In this document: piece by piece, positions 18,932 through 26,714 of the stretch
Layout of the letters: each line of letters starts with the position of its first letter
How positions within the stretch are numbered: the first letter of the stretch is position 1
Source: Candidatus Micrarchaeota archaeon
GTDB lineage: Archaea; Micrarchaeota; Micrarchaeia; Micrarchaeales; Micrarchaeaceae
Reading direction: 5' to 3'
NCBI GenBank assembly: GCA_027365735.1
Contig: DAHXLY010000032.1
Span: 1-55,297, forward strand
DNA: 55,297 nt
Program-made: the position numbers and the translations under genes
Notes under the pieces: model-generated
The model's database searches: none
What the model saw: only the letters and a program-made list of their open reading frames with translations
Told to the model about the DNA's origin: nothing

Positions 18932-18985
18932 CTTCTCATCTATGTAGGATTTGCCAGTTGGTCGATTAATACCTATCGGTGCTGA

Positions 18986-19789
18986 TCAGAGGGTCGCCAT
19001 TATGTCCTCTTTGTCCTTCTTGAGCTTTTCCTTCTCTATCTCGAAAACTCCCTTCTTCAGCTTTGCTGTGACCACTTCCTGCGCGGCCTTTATCTTGCCT
19101 TCTGCATCGTTGTAATCCTTCCCTTCGGCGCTGAGGCGGTATCTCGGGGCTCCGATGTACAGCACCTCGACTCCCTTTCCCTTTATGGTAGTGAGTATTT
19201 CACGAAGTTCTGTGGCGCCGCTCTTTGTGTTAAATGTCGAGAGCTTCATAATGTACGAGACTATGTACCTTTTCTTCTTCTTGCTGGTCTCGAGCAGCTT
19301 CATCAGCGTGTCCTTGAGCTTCTTTGGGAGCTTCGATGAAACAAAAGCGGGCGTGTCGTCGGTGGCGTTCCTCATCAACTCCGTATAAGTTCTGAACTCG
19401 GCAATGACGGCTAATGAGAGATCGTCCTTTTGCGCGTCGAGCCCCGCCTGCTTGACGCCCTGCATGAACATTCCGCTCAGCCTCTTCTCGAGGTTGTAGA
19501 TGTTTATCTTGTTCTTCGAGTCCTGAGGTGTGACCTTCTTTATAGACACGTCCAGCGTCTGTCTCTCCTTGTCGAAATAGACAACCTTACACACAACCTT
19601 CTGCCCCTCGTGGATGTATTCGTGGATGTTCTTAATCCACCCTGACGAGACCTCCTTTATCGGAAGGAACACCTCGAGGTTGTTGTACTCGGGAAGCTTG
19701 CAATACGCTCCGAACGGCATTATCTTGCTTATATTAGCTATGACCAGCTCGCCAACCAGCGGCGTCGTTTGTTTTGGTGCGCCAGTCAT
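18986..19789 (-). CDS. eif2a: translation initiation factor aIF2 alpha subunit
   Basis: N-terminal S1 domain GELVIANISKIMPFGAYCKLPEYNNLEVFLPIKEVSSGWIKNIHEYIHEGQKVVCKVV, about 267 aa, adjacent to L44e. Confidence 0.9.
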   Translation of the reverse strand: MTGAPKQTTPLVGELVIANISKIMPFGAYCKLPEYNNLEVFLPIKEVSSGWIKNIHEYIHEGQKVVCKVVYFDKERQTLDVSIKKVTPQDSKNKINIYNLEKRLSGMFMQGVKQAGLDAQKDDLSLAVIAEFRTYTELMRNATDDTPAFVSSKLPKKLKDTLMKLLETSKKKKRYIVSYIMKLSTFNTKSGATELREILTTIKGKGVEVLYIGAPRYRLSAEGKDYNDAEGKIKAAQEVVTAKLKKGVFEIEKEKLKKDKEDIMATL

Positions 19790-19796
19790 CTTTGAA

Positions 19797-20081
19797 TCAC
19801 GCTATGTTGAACTCAAGCTTCTTCTTCGTCCTGCTGCCCACCACGCGCTCAACAGTATACTTGCACACCTTGCACGTGAGCATAATCTTCTGCCTCTTCG
19901 CCAGCTTTTTCACCGAAGCCTGACCCTTGACCTTTCCGATGTAACCGGTTCTCTTCCTCACCGCACGCCTGTTCCCGATCTTGAGCCCGCTAGTTGGACC
20001 TTTGGAGTAAAGCTTGACCGAATGGTCGGTGTGCTTGTTGCACTTCGGGCAGTATGCGCTCATCTCTCGTACCATCTTCAT
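19797..20081 (-). CDS. rpl44e: ribosomal protein L44e (eL42)
   Basis: MKMVREMSAYCPKCNKHTDHSVKLYSKG...GNRRAVRKRTGYIGKVKG...CKVCKYT (C4 zinc ribbon). Confidence 0.9.
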   Translation of the reverse strand: MKMVREMSAYCPKCNKHTDHSVKLYSKGPTSGLKIGNRRAVRKRTGYIGKVKGQASVKKLAKRQKIMLTCKVCKYTVERVVGSRTKKKLEFNIA

Positions 20082-20110
20082 AAAATCAACTTCCTTGTTT
20101 AATGTTAATG

Positions 20111-20629
20111 TCAGACCTTCTTGCAGATTGTGTTTGTGATGAGGAACTTTATATCCTCTTCATTGTTCGCCATCTCGACAACCTGGCCCTTCTCAAACGG
20201 GCCCGCCTTCTTCCCGCTCGGGAGCAGGATCTCCGGAATCGTCTGCAATGACATGAGGAGCTGGATGTCGGACCTTTGCTCTGGTTGCGCTGTACCAACC
20301 TCAAACTTGTTGCGATTGGCCAGCTCCAAAGCCTTGTTGTAGAAATCAACCTCCCTCTGTATCGCCGGTTGCGGCAGTTGTTTCTTGTACGCTACATATA
20401 TAAGTATCTTTTGCTTCCGCCTCTCATAAAGCTCGCCGATTAGCTTCATGACATTCTTCCTGATGCTGACCTCTTCTTCGGTGGGCTCTTTTGTGTTTAG
20501 TGATGTGAGAAGGCTTTGGATGTCTCCATATACTGTTTTAGGAAGAAGCTGCAGCTCGTTCGTCTGCTTCTCTCTCTGGGTTATCTGCCAGATTGTTTCA
20601 TAAGTTATATCACTTCCCAAATTAAACAC
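20111..20629 (-). CDS. GINS subunit-like protein (Gins51-type)
   Basis: 172 aa. ...QREKQTNELQLLPKTVYGDIQSLL...IRKNVMKLIGELYERRKQKILIYVAY follows the archaeal Gins51 N-domain pattern (L..LP.DFY ... R..KIL..A). Pattern-level call only. Confidence 0.5.
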   Translation of the reverse strand: MFNLGSDITYETIWQITQREKQTNELQLLPKTVYGDIQSLLTSLNTKEPTEEEVSIRKNVMKLIGELYERRKQKILIYVAYKKQLPQPAIQREVDFYNKALELANRNKFEVGTAQPEQRSDIQLLMSLQTIPEILLPSGKKAGPFEKGQVVEMANNEEDIKFLITNTICKKV

Positions 20630-20853
20630 CGATAAAAAACATAGAGCTGAACTAATCTTACACGTTAAGAAATTTAAAGACGATGATAATTTCAGTTACA
20701 GATGGGACCCCATTATTCCGCTATTCGTGTTTGTTTTTATATATAGCAACTAATCAAATAGACATTTCATGAAATAAATAAGGAATCGGTCTCCCTCGGT
20801 AAAAATAAAAGTCGGAATACTGGAAGTGTGGAGGGATACTACCAATATGGAAA

Positions 20854-20928
20854 TAGCGAGGGGAGGATTTGAACCTCCGATCTTCGGGTTATGAGCCCGA
20901 CGGGCACTCCAGACTACCCCACCTCGCT
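20854..20928 (-). tRNA. tRNA-iMet: tRNA-Met (anticodon CAT), probably the initiator
   Basis: Reverse complement AGCGAGGTGGGGTAGTCTGGAGTGCCCGTCGGGCTCATAACCCGAAGATCGGAGGTTCAAATCCTCCCCTCGCTA. The A1:U72 pair and the GGG/CCC pairs closing the anticodon stem are archaeal initiator hallmarks. Confidence 0.85.
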
Positions 20929-20986
20929 ATACACAAAGAAAAGAGCTAACACTACTTTACATCGAAAGGATATAAAAAGATGCTTC

Positions 20987-21772
20987 TTATGTTTCTGCTT
21001 CTGTAACTTCTGTTCCTGCTGAGAGTTGGTTGTTGGTATTCTGGAGCAGCTGCGAAGCCTGAAGCTTGTTCATCATGATCAGGTTCTTGTTGCACGAGCC
21101 GCACTTGAAGCCTTGCTCGTAAGCTGCGTCGAACGTGAAGACAAGCTTAGTTTGATCATAGCAGCTGTTGCACCTGAAGTAGTCGTTGCAATCATCATTT
21201 ATCGCAGGCATCTTGTTCTCTATCTTGTTTATGTGTTCAAGGAAAGGTGGCAGCTTGCTTACGTTGATATACCATGCGAACGAAAGCCATCCGTTCACGT
21301 TCTTCGCGATGTAGTAATTAGTAACGCCGTAGCCCTGCAGAATGTTAAGGATCCTCCTAACTGCATTGATCTTCATTTCGAGCTGCTCTGCGAGCGCCTC
21401 GTCCGTCTTCGGGGAATCGAGGCTGTTCACGACATCAAGCGCCCTCTTGCTGACGTTCTTCTTCAGATAGCCCACGACCGCCTCATTCCTGGAAAGTTCA
21501 CCGACTGCAGCTCTCACTTCCTCCGGAGTGAAAAGGTTCGCCACTATCTCCCTCCTTCCGACCTTCGTAGGTTCGGGCTTCTTCTCCGATCCTTTCTGGG
21601 CGGTTTTCTTAATTTTAATATCCGGCTTCTTCACAACCAACCTCTTGGCAACCTTCCTTACGGTCGCCCGCACCGGCTTTGCATGCCTTGCAGCAGCCTT
21701 GCCCTTGCGGCCCTTGGAAACATGCTCCTTGAACGCTTTTTTGTTAACTTTCGCCATAAAATTGACCTTCAT
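20987..21772 (-). CDS. tfe: transcription factor E (TFE-alpha) with Lys-rich N-terminal extension
   Basis: Winged helix (ALDVVNSLDSPKTDEALAEQLEMKINAVRRILNILQGYGV) plus zinc ribbon (CNSC...CGSC). The first ~80 residues are a basic KKAxK-type tail. Alternative start at 21757. Confidence 0.8.
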   Translation of the reverse strand: MKVNFMAKVNKKAFKEHVSKGRKGKAAARHAKPVRATVRKVAKRLVVKKPDIKIKKTAQKGSEKKPEPTKVGRREIVANLFTPEEVRAAVGELSRNEAVVGYLKKNVSKRALDVVNSLDSPKTDEALAEQLEMKINAVRRILNILQGYGVTNYYIAKNVNGWLSFAWYINVSKLPPFLEHINKIENKMPAINDDCNDYFRCNSCYDQTKLVFTFDAAYEQGFKCGSCNKNLIMMNKLQASQLLQNTNNQLSAGTEVTEAET

Positions 21773-21886
21773 CAGCCTTCCGCCTGATGTAATATAGCCC
21801 TTTTTACTATTTAAAGGTTGCTTTTAAACAACGTTTTGTTAAAGAATATTGTGAATTTGAGACCATCCAAATTTGCAAAATAAACC

Positions 21887-22513
21887 TTACTTTTCTGATC
21901 TTTTTTGTGCACCCTGCGTAGGGGGCGCGGTCATCATGCTTCTCTGCAGCTGTTCCGGTGCGGCCTGCCACAACAGCTCCCCAGGTTTGTAGGGCTTGTT
22001 GTTGACCAGCACGTCGAAGCTGATTCCTGTCTTTGCGTCGAACGCGACATGCCTCCTCTCGTTGCCGAAGAGATCTATTTCCACGAGGGGTATTCTACTC
22101 CTCTTAATGAATCCAAATGCGGCTATGAGGGAGTTGTAGAACTCGTTGTGCTGCATCCCAATAATCCTCGCTTCGAGGTTTGCTCCCTTGATTGACCCCA
22201 ACTGTTTCGCAAGCTGGTCATCTCTCTCCTTCTTCCATTCACCGAACCTGTGGACGATCAAAGTAGAGGAATTAACGTCATAAACGCTCAGCACAAGGTC
22301 GTGTATCACATCTATACAGGCAATGTACCGTTTCCCCTCCTTCTCCGAGAACTTTATGGTCCACGTCTCCCCCAGGGTTGAGTAGACGCATCCGGAGTCC
22401 GAATCGAGCCTCGATGCCGATATGTTCTGGCGCTCCTTGAAGTTGTACACAAACCTTCCCCTATTGAAGTTGGGCGAAGCAAGGTTCTCCTCAAGGAACT
22501 TCTCGAAGCTCAA
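21887..22513 (-). CDS. hypothetical protein (possible remote CheD-like fold)
   Basis: 208 aa. LEARIIGMQHNEFYNSLIAAFGFIKRSRIPLVEIDLFGNERRHVAFDAKTGISFDV parallels the CheD block LEAKI.GGA..(IG.RN).....L....I.LV.ED.GGN..R.V.....TG. This is an eyeball similarity only. Confidence 0.55.
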   Translation of the reverse strand: MSFEKFLEENLASPNFNRGRFVYNFKERQNISASRLDSDSGCVYSTLGETWTIKFSEKEGKRYIACIDVIHDLVLSVYDVNSSTLIVHRFGEWKKERDDQLAKQLGSIKGANLEARIIGMQHNEFYNSLIAAFGFIKRSRIPLVEIDLFGNERRHVAFDAKTGISFDVLVNNKPYKPGELLWQAAPEQLQRSMMTAPPTQGAQKRSEK

Positions 22514-22702
22514 ATCATCACACAGAGTATTCGAAATAGGGTTTAATTAGCGTTCTGTTGGGGTGCTTCTCGGTGCACCCAATCATTCCGCAAATCACCA
22601 CAATATATAAATATTACGATATAAAATACAAACTGCACATATCGACGTGTCAGCTTGGCTTATCGTGATTGTCGATGTGTAAATCCGTTCCTAAGTGAAT
22701 GC

Positions 22703-23278
22703 ATGAAGATAGAAGTACAGGAGAGCAACGATGAGGTATACAAGTTCACCCTCAAAGATGCACAACTCGGCTATGCCAATGCGGTGCGAAGAGCTGCCAT
22801 CAACTCCGTTAAGTCTTTTGCCATCGACAAGGTCACGGTTTACGAAAACACCACCGCTATGTTCGACGAGTTCATCGCTCACAGGATTGGGCTGATTCCG
22901 CTCAAGACCCCCGCCAAGGGAACGAGTGACACTGACGAAATCCTGTTCACGCTCGATGTGACTGGCCCAAAGACGGTCCTGTCCGAGGAGCTTGAGACCA
23001 AAGACAAGGATGTCAAGGTTGCAAACGAAAAGATTCCAATCATCAAGCTCGGTGATGGCCAGAGGCTCAGGCTCGACGGCAAGGCAATCCTCGCCAGCTC
23101 CACGAAGCACTCGAAGTTCCAGCCGGGCCTCATTACCTACGACCAGCAGGGTGAGAAGAACTATGAGTTTTATGTTGAATCATTTGGCCAGATGCCACCG
23201 AAAGAAATCATTAATAAGGCATTCGAAGCAATAAAAGAAGAGATCAAGGAGCTCCAGAAGGAGTCCAAAAAACTCTGA
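22703..23278 (+). CDS. rpoD: DNA-directed RNA polymerase subunit D (Rpo3), short Cys-free form
   Basis: MKIEVQESNDEVYKFTLKDAQLGYANAVRRAAINSVKSFAIDKVTVYENTTAMFDEFIAHRIGLIPLKT. 191 aa with no cysteine. ATG at 22703 is preferred over the listed TTG at 22655. A/T-rich TATA region at about 22600-22630. Confidence 0.88.
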   Translation: MKIEVQESNDEVYKFTLKDAQLGYANAVRRAAINSVKSFAIDKVTVYENTTAMFDEFIAHRIGLIPLKTPAKGTSDTDEILFTLDVTGPKTVLSEELETKDKDVKVANEKIPIIKLGDGQRLRLDGKAILASSTKHSKFQPGLITYDQQGEKNYEFYVESFGQMPPKEIINKAFEAIKEEIKELQKESKKL

Positions 23279-23295
23279 TTTTGCTGACGTTAAAT

Positions 23296-23380
23296 GCGGA
23301 GGTGGCAGAGCTTGGTCAAATGCGCTGGGTTGAGGGCTCAGTGTCGTAGGACTGCCAGGGTTCAAATCCCTGCCTCCGCA
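23296..23380 (+). tRNA. tRNA-Leu: tRNA-Leu (anticodon GAG)
   Basis: GCGGAGGTGGCAGAGCTTGGTCAAATGCGCTGGGTTGAGGGCTCAGTGTCGTAGGACTGCCAGGGTTCAAATCCCTGCCTCCGCA. It has a long variable arm and anticodon arm CTGGG-TTGAGGG-CTCAG. Confidence 0.9.
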
Positions 23381-23405
23381 TAAAGTTCAAGAAGGAAGTG
23401 AAGAG

Positions 23406-23759
23406 ATGACGAAGATATCGCCCGAAAAGGCAAACGTGCGCGAATGGCTCGCGGTCCTAGACGAGGCAAGCCGCGGCAAGAACTACCCCGCGCTGTTCAA
23501 GAGGGTGCACGACCTTGTCGCAGTTCCATCCAGATCCAGAAAGGCGGTTTCGCTTCATAAGATTAACAAATACACAGAGGACGGCGCAGTTGTCGTCGTT
23601 CCGGCCAAGATCCTGTCGACGGGAAAGCTCGAGCACAAGGTCACGATCGCTGCGCTTGAGTATTCATCCGGCGCGCTGTCGGCAATCAAGAGCTCTGGTA
23701 GCAGGGCGATCGGGATAAAGGACCTTGTGGGCCAGAAGAAGATCAGCCTGTTAGTGTGA
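23406..23759 (+). CDS. rpl18e: ribosomal protein L18e (eL18)
   Basis: 117 aa, ...VVVVPAKILSTGKLEHKVTIAALEYSSGALSAIKSSG. Its position in the rpoD-L18e-L13-S9-rpoN cluster is the canonical one. Confidence 0.88.
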   Translation: MTKISPEKANVREWLAVLDEASRGKNYPALFKRVHDLVAVPSRSRKAVSLHKINKYTEDGAVVVVPAKILSTGKLEHKVTIAALEYSSGALSAIKSSGSRAIGIKDLVGQKKISLLV

Positions 23760-23764
23760 TATTC

Positions 23765-24220
23765 ATGAAGATGCCAAACCCAAAGGAAACCGAGGTGTTC
23801 GACGCGAACGACAAGGTGCTCGGCAGGCTCGCCAGTACCGTCGCGAAGAGGTTGATGCTCGGCAAGTCGGTGGTCGTGGTCAACGCCGAGAAGAGCGTTA
23901 TCACCGGCGACAAGAGGGGAATCATACTCAAGTACAAGACGCGCCTCAACCTTCAGGAGAAGGAGAACCCTGAGCACTCGCCGTATTGGCCGAGGAGGTC
24001 GGACATGTTGGTGAGGAGGATCGTCAGGGGAATGCTTCCGTACCACAAGAAGCCGAGCGGAAAGGCGGCGTACAAAAGGCTGATGGTGTTCAACGGCGTC
24101 CCCGACGCGTTCAAGGACGTCAAGCCTATAGAGATAAAGACGAAGAACCCAAAGGAGTTGTACACCGACTACATGAGGGTTTCGGAACTGTCCAAGTTGC
24201 TTGGATACACACGTGAATGA
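23765..24220 (+). CDS. rpl13: ribosomal protein L13 (uL13)
   Basis: VFDANDKVLGRLASTVAKRLMLGKSVVVVNAEKSVITG. ATG at 23765 (the listed GTG at 23756 overlaps the L18e stop). Confidence 0.9.
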   Translation: MKMPNPKETEVFDANDKVLGRLASTVAKRLMLGKSVVVVNAEKSVITGDKRGIILKYKTRLNLQEKENPEHSPYWPRRSDMLVRRIVRGMLPYHKKPSGKAAYKRLMVFNGVPDAFKDVKPIEIKTKNPKELYTDYMRVSELSKLLGYTRE

Positions 24221-24750
24221 TCATGGCAGAGCCACAACCAATGAAGGCCGAAGAGAAGAAAGAGGCAACCCCGACCCAAGCGGCCGTCGCCGCTCCTGGC
24301 GAGGTGAAGAAGGTCGTCAAGAGAAAGGCCGCTCCGAAGAAGGACAAGACGATCCGCGTAAGGGCGAAGAGGAAGACCTCTGTAGCCCGAGCATCAGTCA
24401 GACCGGGCAATGGCGACATCAGGATAAACGGCAAGGACATAAACGCGCTTGAGTTCGATATCGTGCGCGATATGATCATGGAGCCGCTTACGATTTCAGA
24501 CGCGGCAAAGGACGTCGCAAAGAAGGTCAGCATAAAGGTCAACGTTTACGGGGGTGGGACGAGCTCGCAGATGCAGTCGATCCGTGGTGCAATCGCGAAG
24601 GGACTGGTTACATTCTCAGGCAGCGAGATACTGAAGAAGGAGTACCTCGCATACGACAGGGCGCTGTTGATAGACGACCCGCGAAGAGTCGAGCCTAAGA
24701 AGTTCATGGGTCCAAAGGCTCGTGCGAGATTCCAGACTTCGTATAGATAA
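24217..24750 (+). CDS. rps9: ribosomal protein S9 (uS9) with ~45-aa Lys/Ala-rich N-terminal extension
   Basis: Core RKTSVARASVRPGNGDIRING...GGGTSSQMQSIRGAIAKGL...PKARARFQTSYR. The start overlaps the L13 stop (ATGA). Confidence 0.9.
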   Translation: MIMAEPQPMKAEEKKEATPTQAAVAAPGEVKKVVKRKAAPKKDKTIRVRAKRKTSVARASVRPGNGDIRINGKDINALEFDIVRDMIMEPLTISDAAKDVAKKVSIKVNVYGGGTSSQMQSIRGAIAKGLVTFSGSEILKKEYLAYDRALLIDDPRRVEPKKFMGPKARARFQTSYR

Positions 24751-24766
24751 TATTTGGTGAATTACT

Positions 24767-24967
24767 ATGATGATGCCAGTGCGTTGCTTCACATGCGGCA
24801 AGGTTGTCGCGGACAAGTGGGAGGACTACGACAAGCATGTCAACCACGATAAGGAGGACGCAGGGAAGGTACTGGATGACCTCGGAGTGAAGAGGTACTG
24901 CTGCAGGAGGATGTTCATAAGCAACACCGAGCTCATCGACGAATTCATCACGCTGAACAAGAAGTGA
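24767..24967 (+). CDS. rpoN: DNA-directed RNA polymerase subunit N (Rpo10)
   Basis: [21 protein letters not shown]...RYCCRRMF. Confidence 0.9.
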   Translation: MMMPVRCFTCGKVVADKWEDYDKHVNHDKEDAGKVLDDLGVKRYCCRRMFISNTELIDEFITLNKK

Positions 24968-24975
24968 TTACAAAC

Positions 24976-24985
24976 ATTTAATATA
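24976..24985 (+). promoter_or_regulatory. TATA box upstream of tRNA-Pro(GGG)/rps2
   Basis: ATTTAATATA is centred about 30 nt upstream of tRNA position 1 (25010). Confidence 0.45.
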
Positions 24986-25009
24986 TGAAAAAGCCAAAGG
25001 ATTGAACGC

Positions 25010-25082
25010 GGGGTCGTCTGCTAGCTTGGTAGGCTACCACCTTGGGGTGGTGGTGACCCGAGTTCAAATCTCGGCGACCCCA
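25010..25082 (+). tRNA. tRNA-Pro: tRNA-Pro (anticodon GGG)
   Basis: GGGGTCGTCTGCTAGCTTGGTAGGCTACCACCTTGGGGTGGTGGTGACCCGAGTTCAAATCTCGGCGACCCCA. Anticodon arm CCACC-TTGGGGT-GGTGG. The D-stem has only three pairs by my folding. Confidence 0.85.
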
Positions 25083-25094
25083 TTTGATGGTGCA

Positions 25095-25823
25095 ATGATG
25101 TCTGAAGAAACGATGCAAGAAACGCGCGACATGCCCGAGCCTACGCAGGAGTCGGGAGAGATATCGCAGTTCCTCGCCAACCAGAATGATTACTTAGAGG
25201 TGGGAATACATATCGCAACGAAGGTCAAGTCCGCGGGCATGAAGAGATTCATCTACAAAGTCAGGGAGGACGGTCTTTACCTTTTGGACCTTAAGACAAT
25301 TGACGCCAAGATCGCGGTAGCGGCAAAGATGCTCGCGATGTACGACCCCAAGGAGGTGGTCGTGACCGCTTCGAGGATTTACGCGATTGTCGCAGCGGAG
25401 AAGTTCGCGAGCATCATCGGAGCGAAGTTCATCAAGGGCAGGGTCACTCCGGGAATATTCACCAACCCGCACCGCGACGACTACATGGAGGCCAAGCTAA
25501 TACTCATCAGCGACTCCCGAAACGAGAAACAGGCAATAAAGGAGGCGAGCATGAAGAACATCCCGATAATCGCGCTCAGCGACACTGACAACTCCACGAA
25601 GTTCGTCGACCTGATAATCCCGGCTAACAACAGAGGCAGGAGGTCGCTTGCGTTCGTCTACTACTTATTGGCCAGGGAGGTCCTGAAGTCCAGAGGGGAG
25701 ATAAAGGAGAACTCCGAGTTCAAGCACAGGCTCGAGGACTTCGAGGCGAAGAGCGAGGGCGGAATGGGCGCCCCAAGGCACAACCAGCACAACAGCAAGG
25801 CACCGCAGGAGGCGCCTGCCTGA
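25095..25823 (+). CDS. rps2: ribosomal protein S2 (uS2)
   Basis: ...YLEVGIHIATKVKSAGMKRFIYKVREDGLYLLDLKTIDAKI...IPIIALSDTDN. ATG at 25095; the listed start at 25002 would read through the tRNA. Confidence 0.9.
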   Translation: MMSEETMQETRDMPEPTQESGEISQFLANQNDYLEVGIHIATKVKSAGMKRFIYKVREDGLYLLDLKTIDAKIAVAAKMLAMYDPKEVVVTASRIYAIVAAEKFASIIGAKFIKGRVTPGIFTNPHRDDYMEAKLILISDSRNEKQAIKEASMKNIPIIALSDTDNSTKFVDLIIPANNRGRRSLAFVYYLLAREVLKSRGEIKENSEFKHRLEDFEAKSEGGMGAPRHNQHNSKAPQEAPA

Positions 25824-25829
25824 TTGAAT

Positions 25830-26714
25830 TTAGATAATCAGGTATAGTCCAAGCCCCGTGAGCAGATATGCAAGCAGCGCTATTCCCATTCCTACGAAGC
25901 TCAGATTCCTCGCCCTGTCGAACCACTTCCTGCTGCCACTGTTGGCATGGGATATGTGTCCAACACCGATGTAAAATATCAACAGGTTAGCCAGTGTTAT
26001 CGGCAGCATGAAGGCGAGGTTGAACTTGAAAGGGGTCTGGTAGATAAACAAATACATACTGATGATTATCCCCTCGACTGTGAGGATTAACCCGAATTCT
26101 GCGGACCTCCTCTCTCCGATACAGGATATCAGATTCTTTGTCTTTCTTGCCGCTATATCACCCTCCTTGTCGCGTATCATCCCGTATATCTCACGCGCCA
26201 GTCCGATTAGGAAAATGGAAAGGGATATGAGGAGGATGTTGACGCTCAATGCCGCGGCGACAACGAAGTTTCCATAAATGAATGGTATCGCATATGTGAA
26301 CGCCACATAAATGTTGCCAACTAAGAGCATGTCCTTCAGCCGCTCGCTGTACAGATATGCAAGCACTGAGAACAGGACCGCGATTATGAACACGGTCATG
26401 TTTATGTAAAGGCTGATGAGCGGCCCGACCGCCAAGCAGAAAGCCGCGATCCAGAGCGCGCTCTTCCGTTTGAGCGCGCCCGAGACCAGCGGTCTGTCAG
26501 TCCTTTTGTTTGACCTGTCTGCCTCTACGTCAAAATAATCATTTATCGCGAACGACCCCGCGCTGATCAGCGCCGGGCTCAGCAGGCTGGCTATCATCAC
26601 GCCAGTCCGGGGTATCCCACCACTTATCAGCTCCGCGGCTATCACCGCCACCATCAACAGGAGCGAGTGCTCTATCCTTGTCAGCTTCAGAACCGCCGTC
26701 AGCTTGTTTGCCAT
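25830..26714 (-). CDS. UbiA-family prenyltransferase (DGGGP synthase-like)
   Basis: LKLTRIEHSLL start region, Asp-rich motif FAINDYFDVEADRSNKRTDRPL, second motif REIYGMIRDKEGD, about 8-9 TM helices. The archaeal lipid-synthesis role is inferred from the family only. Confidence 0.8.
   Translation of the reverse strand: MANKLTAVLKLTRIEHSLLLMVAVIAAELISGGIPRTGVMIASLLSPALISAGSFAINDYFDVEADRSNKRTDRPLVSGALKRKSALWIAAFCLAVGPLISLYINMTVFIIAVLFSVLAYLYSERLKDMLLVGNIYVAFTYAIPFIYGNFVVAAALSVNILLISLSIFLIGLAREIYGMIRDKEGDIAARKTKNLISCIGERRSAEFGLILTVEGIIISMYLFIYQTPFKFNLAFMLPITLANLLIFYIGVGHISHANSGSRKWFDRARNLSFVGMGIALLAYLLTGLGLYLII

Noticed and set aside
20630-20853. An AT-rich 220-nt spacer next to the GINS-like gene and tRNA-iMet, considered as a replication origin.
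   Set aside because: I found no repeated ORB or mini-ORB-like elements and no inverted repeats flanking an unwinding element. There is no orc1/cdc6 nearby. It is more simply promoter and terminator space.
21026-21787. A long antisense ORF (253 aa) opposite tfe. Similar long mirror ORFs occur at 30231-31004 (opposite radA), 33207-33869 (endA), 40385-41020 (L23/L2), 42366-43232 (L22/S3), 45443-46210 (aglB), 8638-9204 (map) and 51748-52462 (two frames).
   Set aside because: Each lies opposite a gene with strong family motifs or better composition. Their products are Arg/Leu/Ser/His- or Ser/Phe/Cys-rich, which is typical of antisense read-through at this GC content.
25002-25094. Listed ORF starts that read through tRNA genes or non-conserved leaders: 25002 for rps2, 47749 for the HExxH protein, 30154 for radA, 38599 for rpl3, 22655 for rpoD, 50834 for pcn and 53721 for family copy D.
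   Set aside because: The upstream extensions overlap tRNAs or TATA boxes, or add residues absent from the family consensus. Internal starts matching conserved N-termini were used instead.
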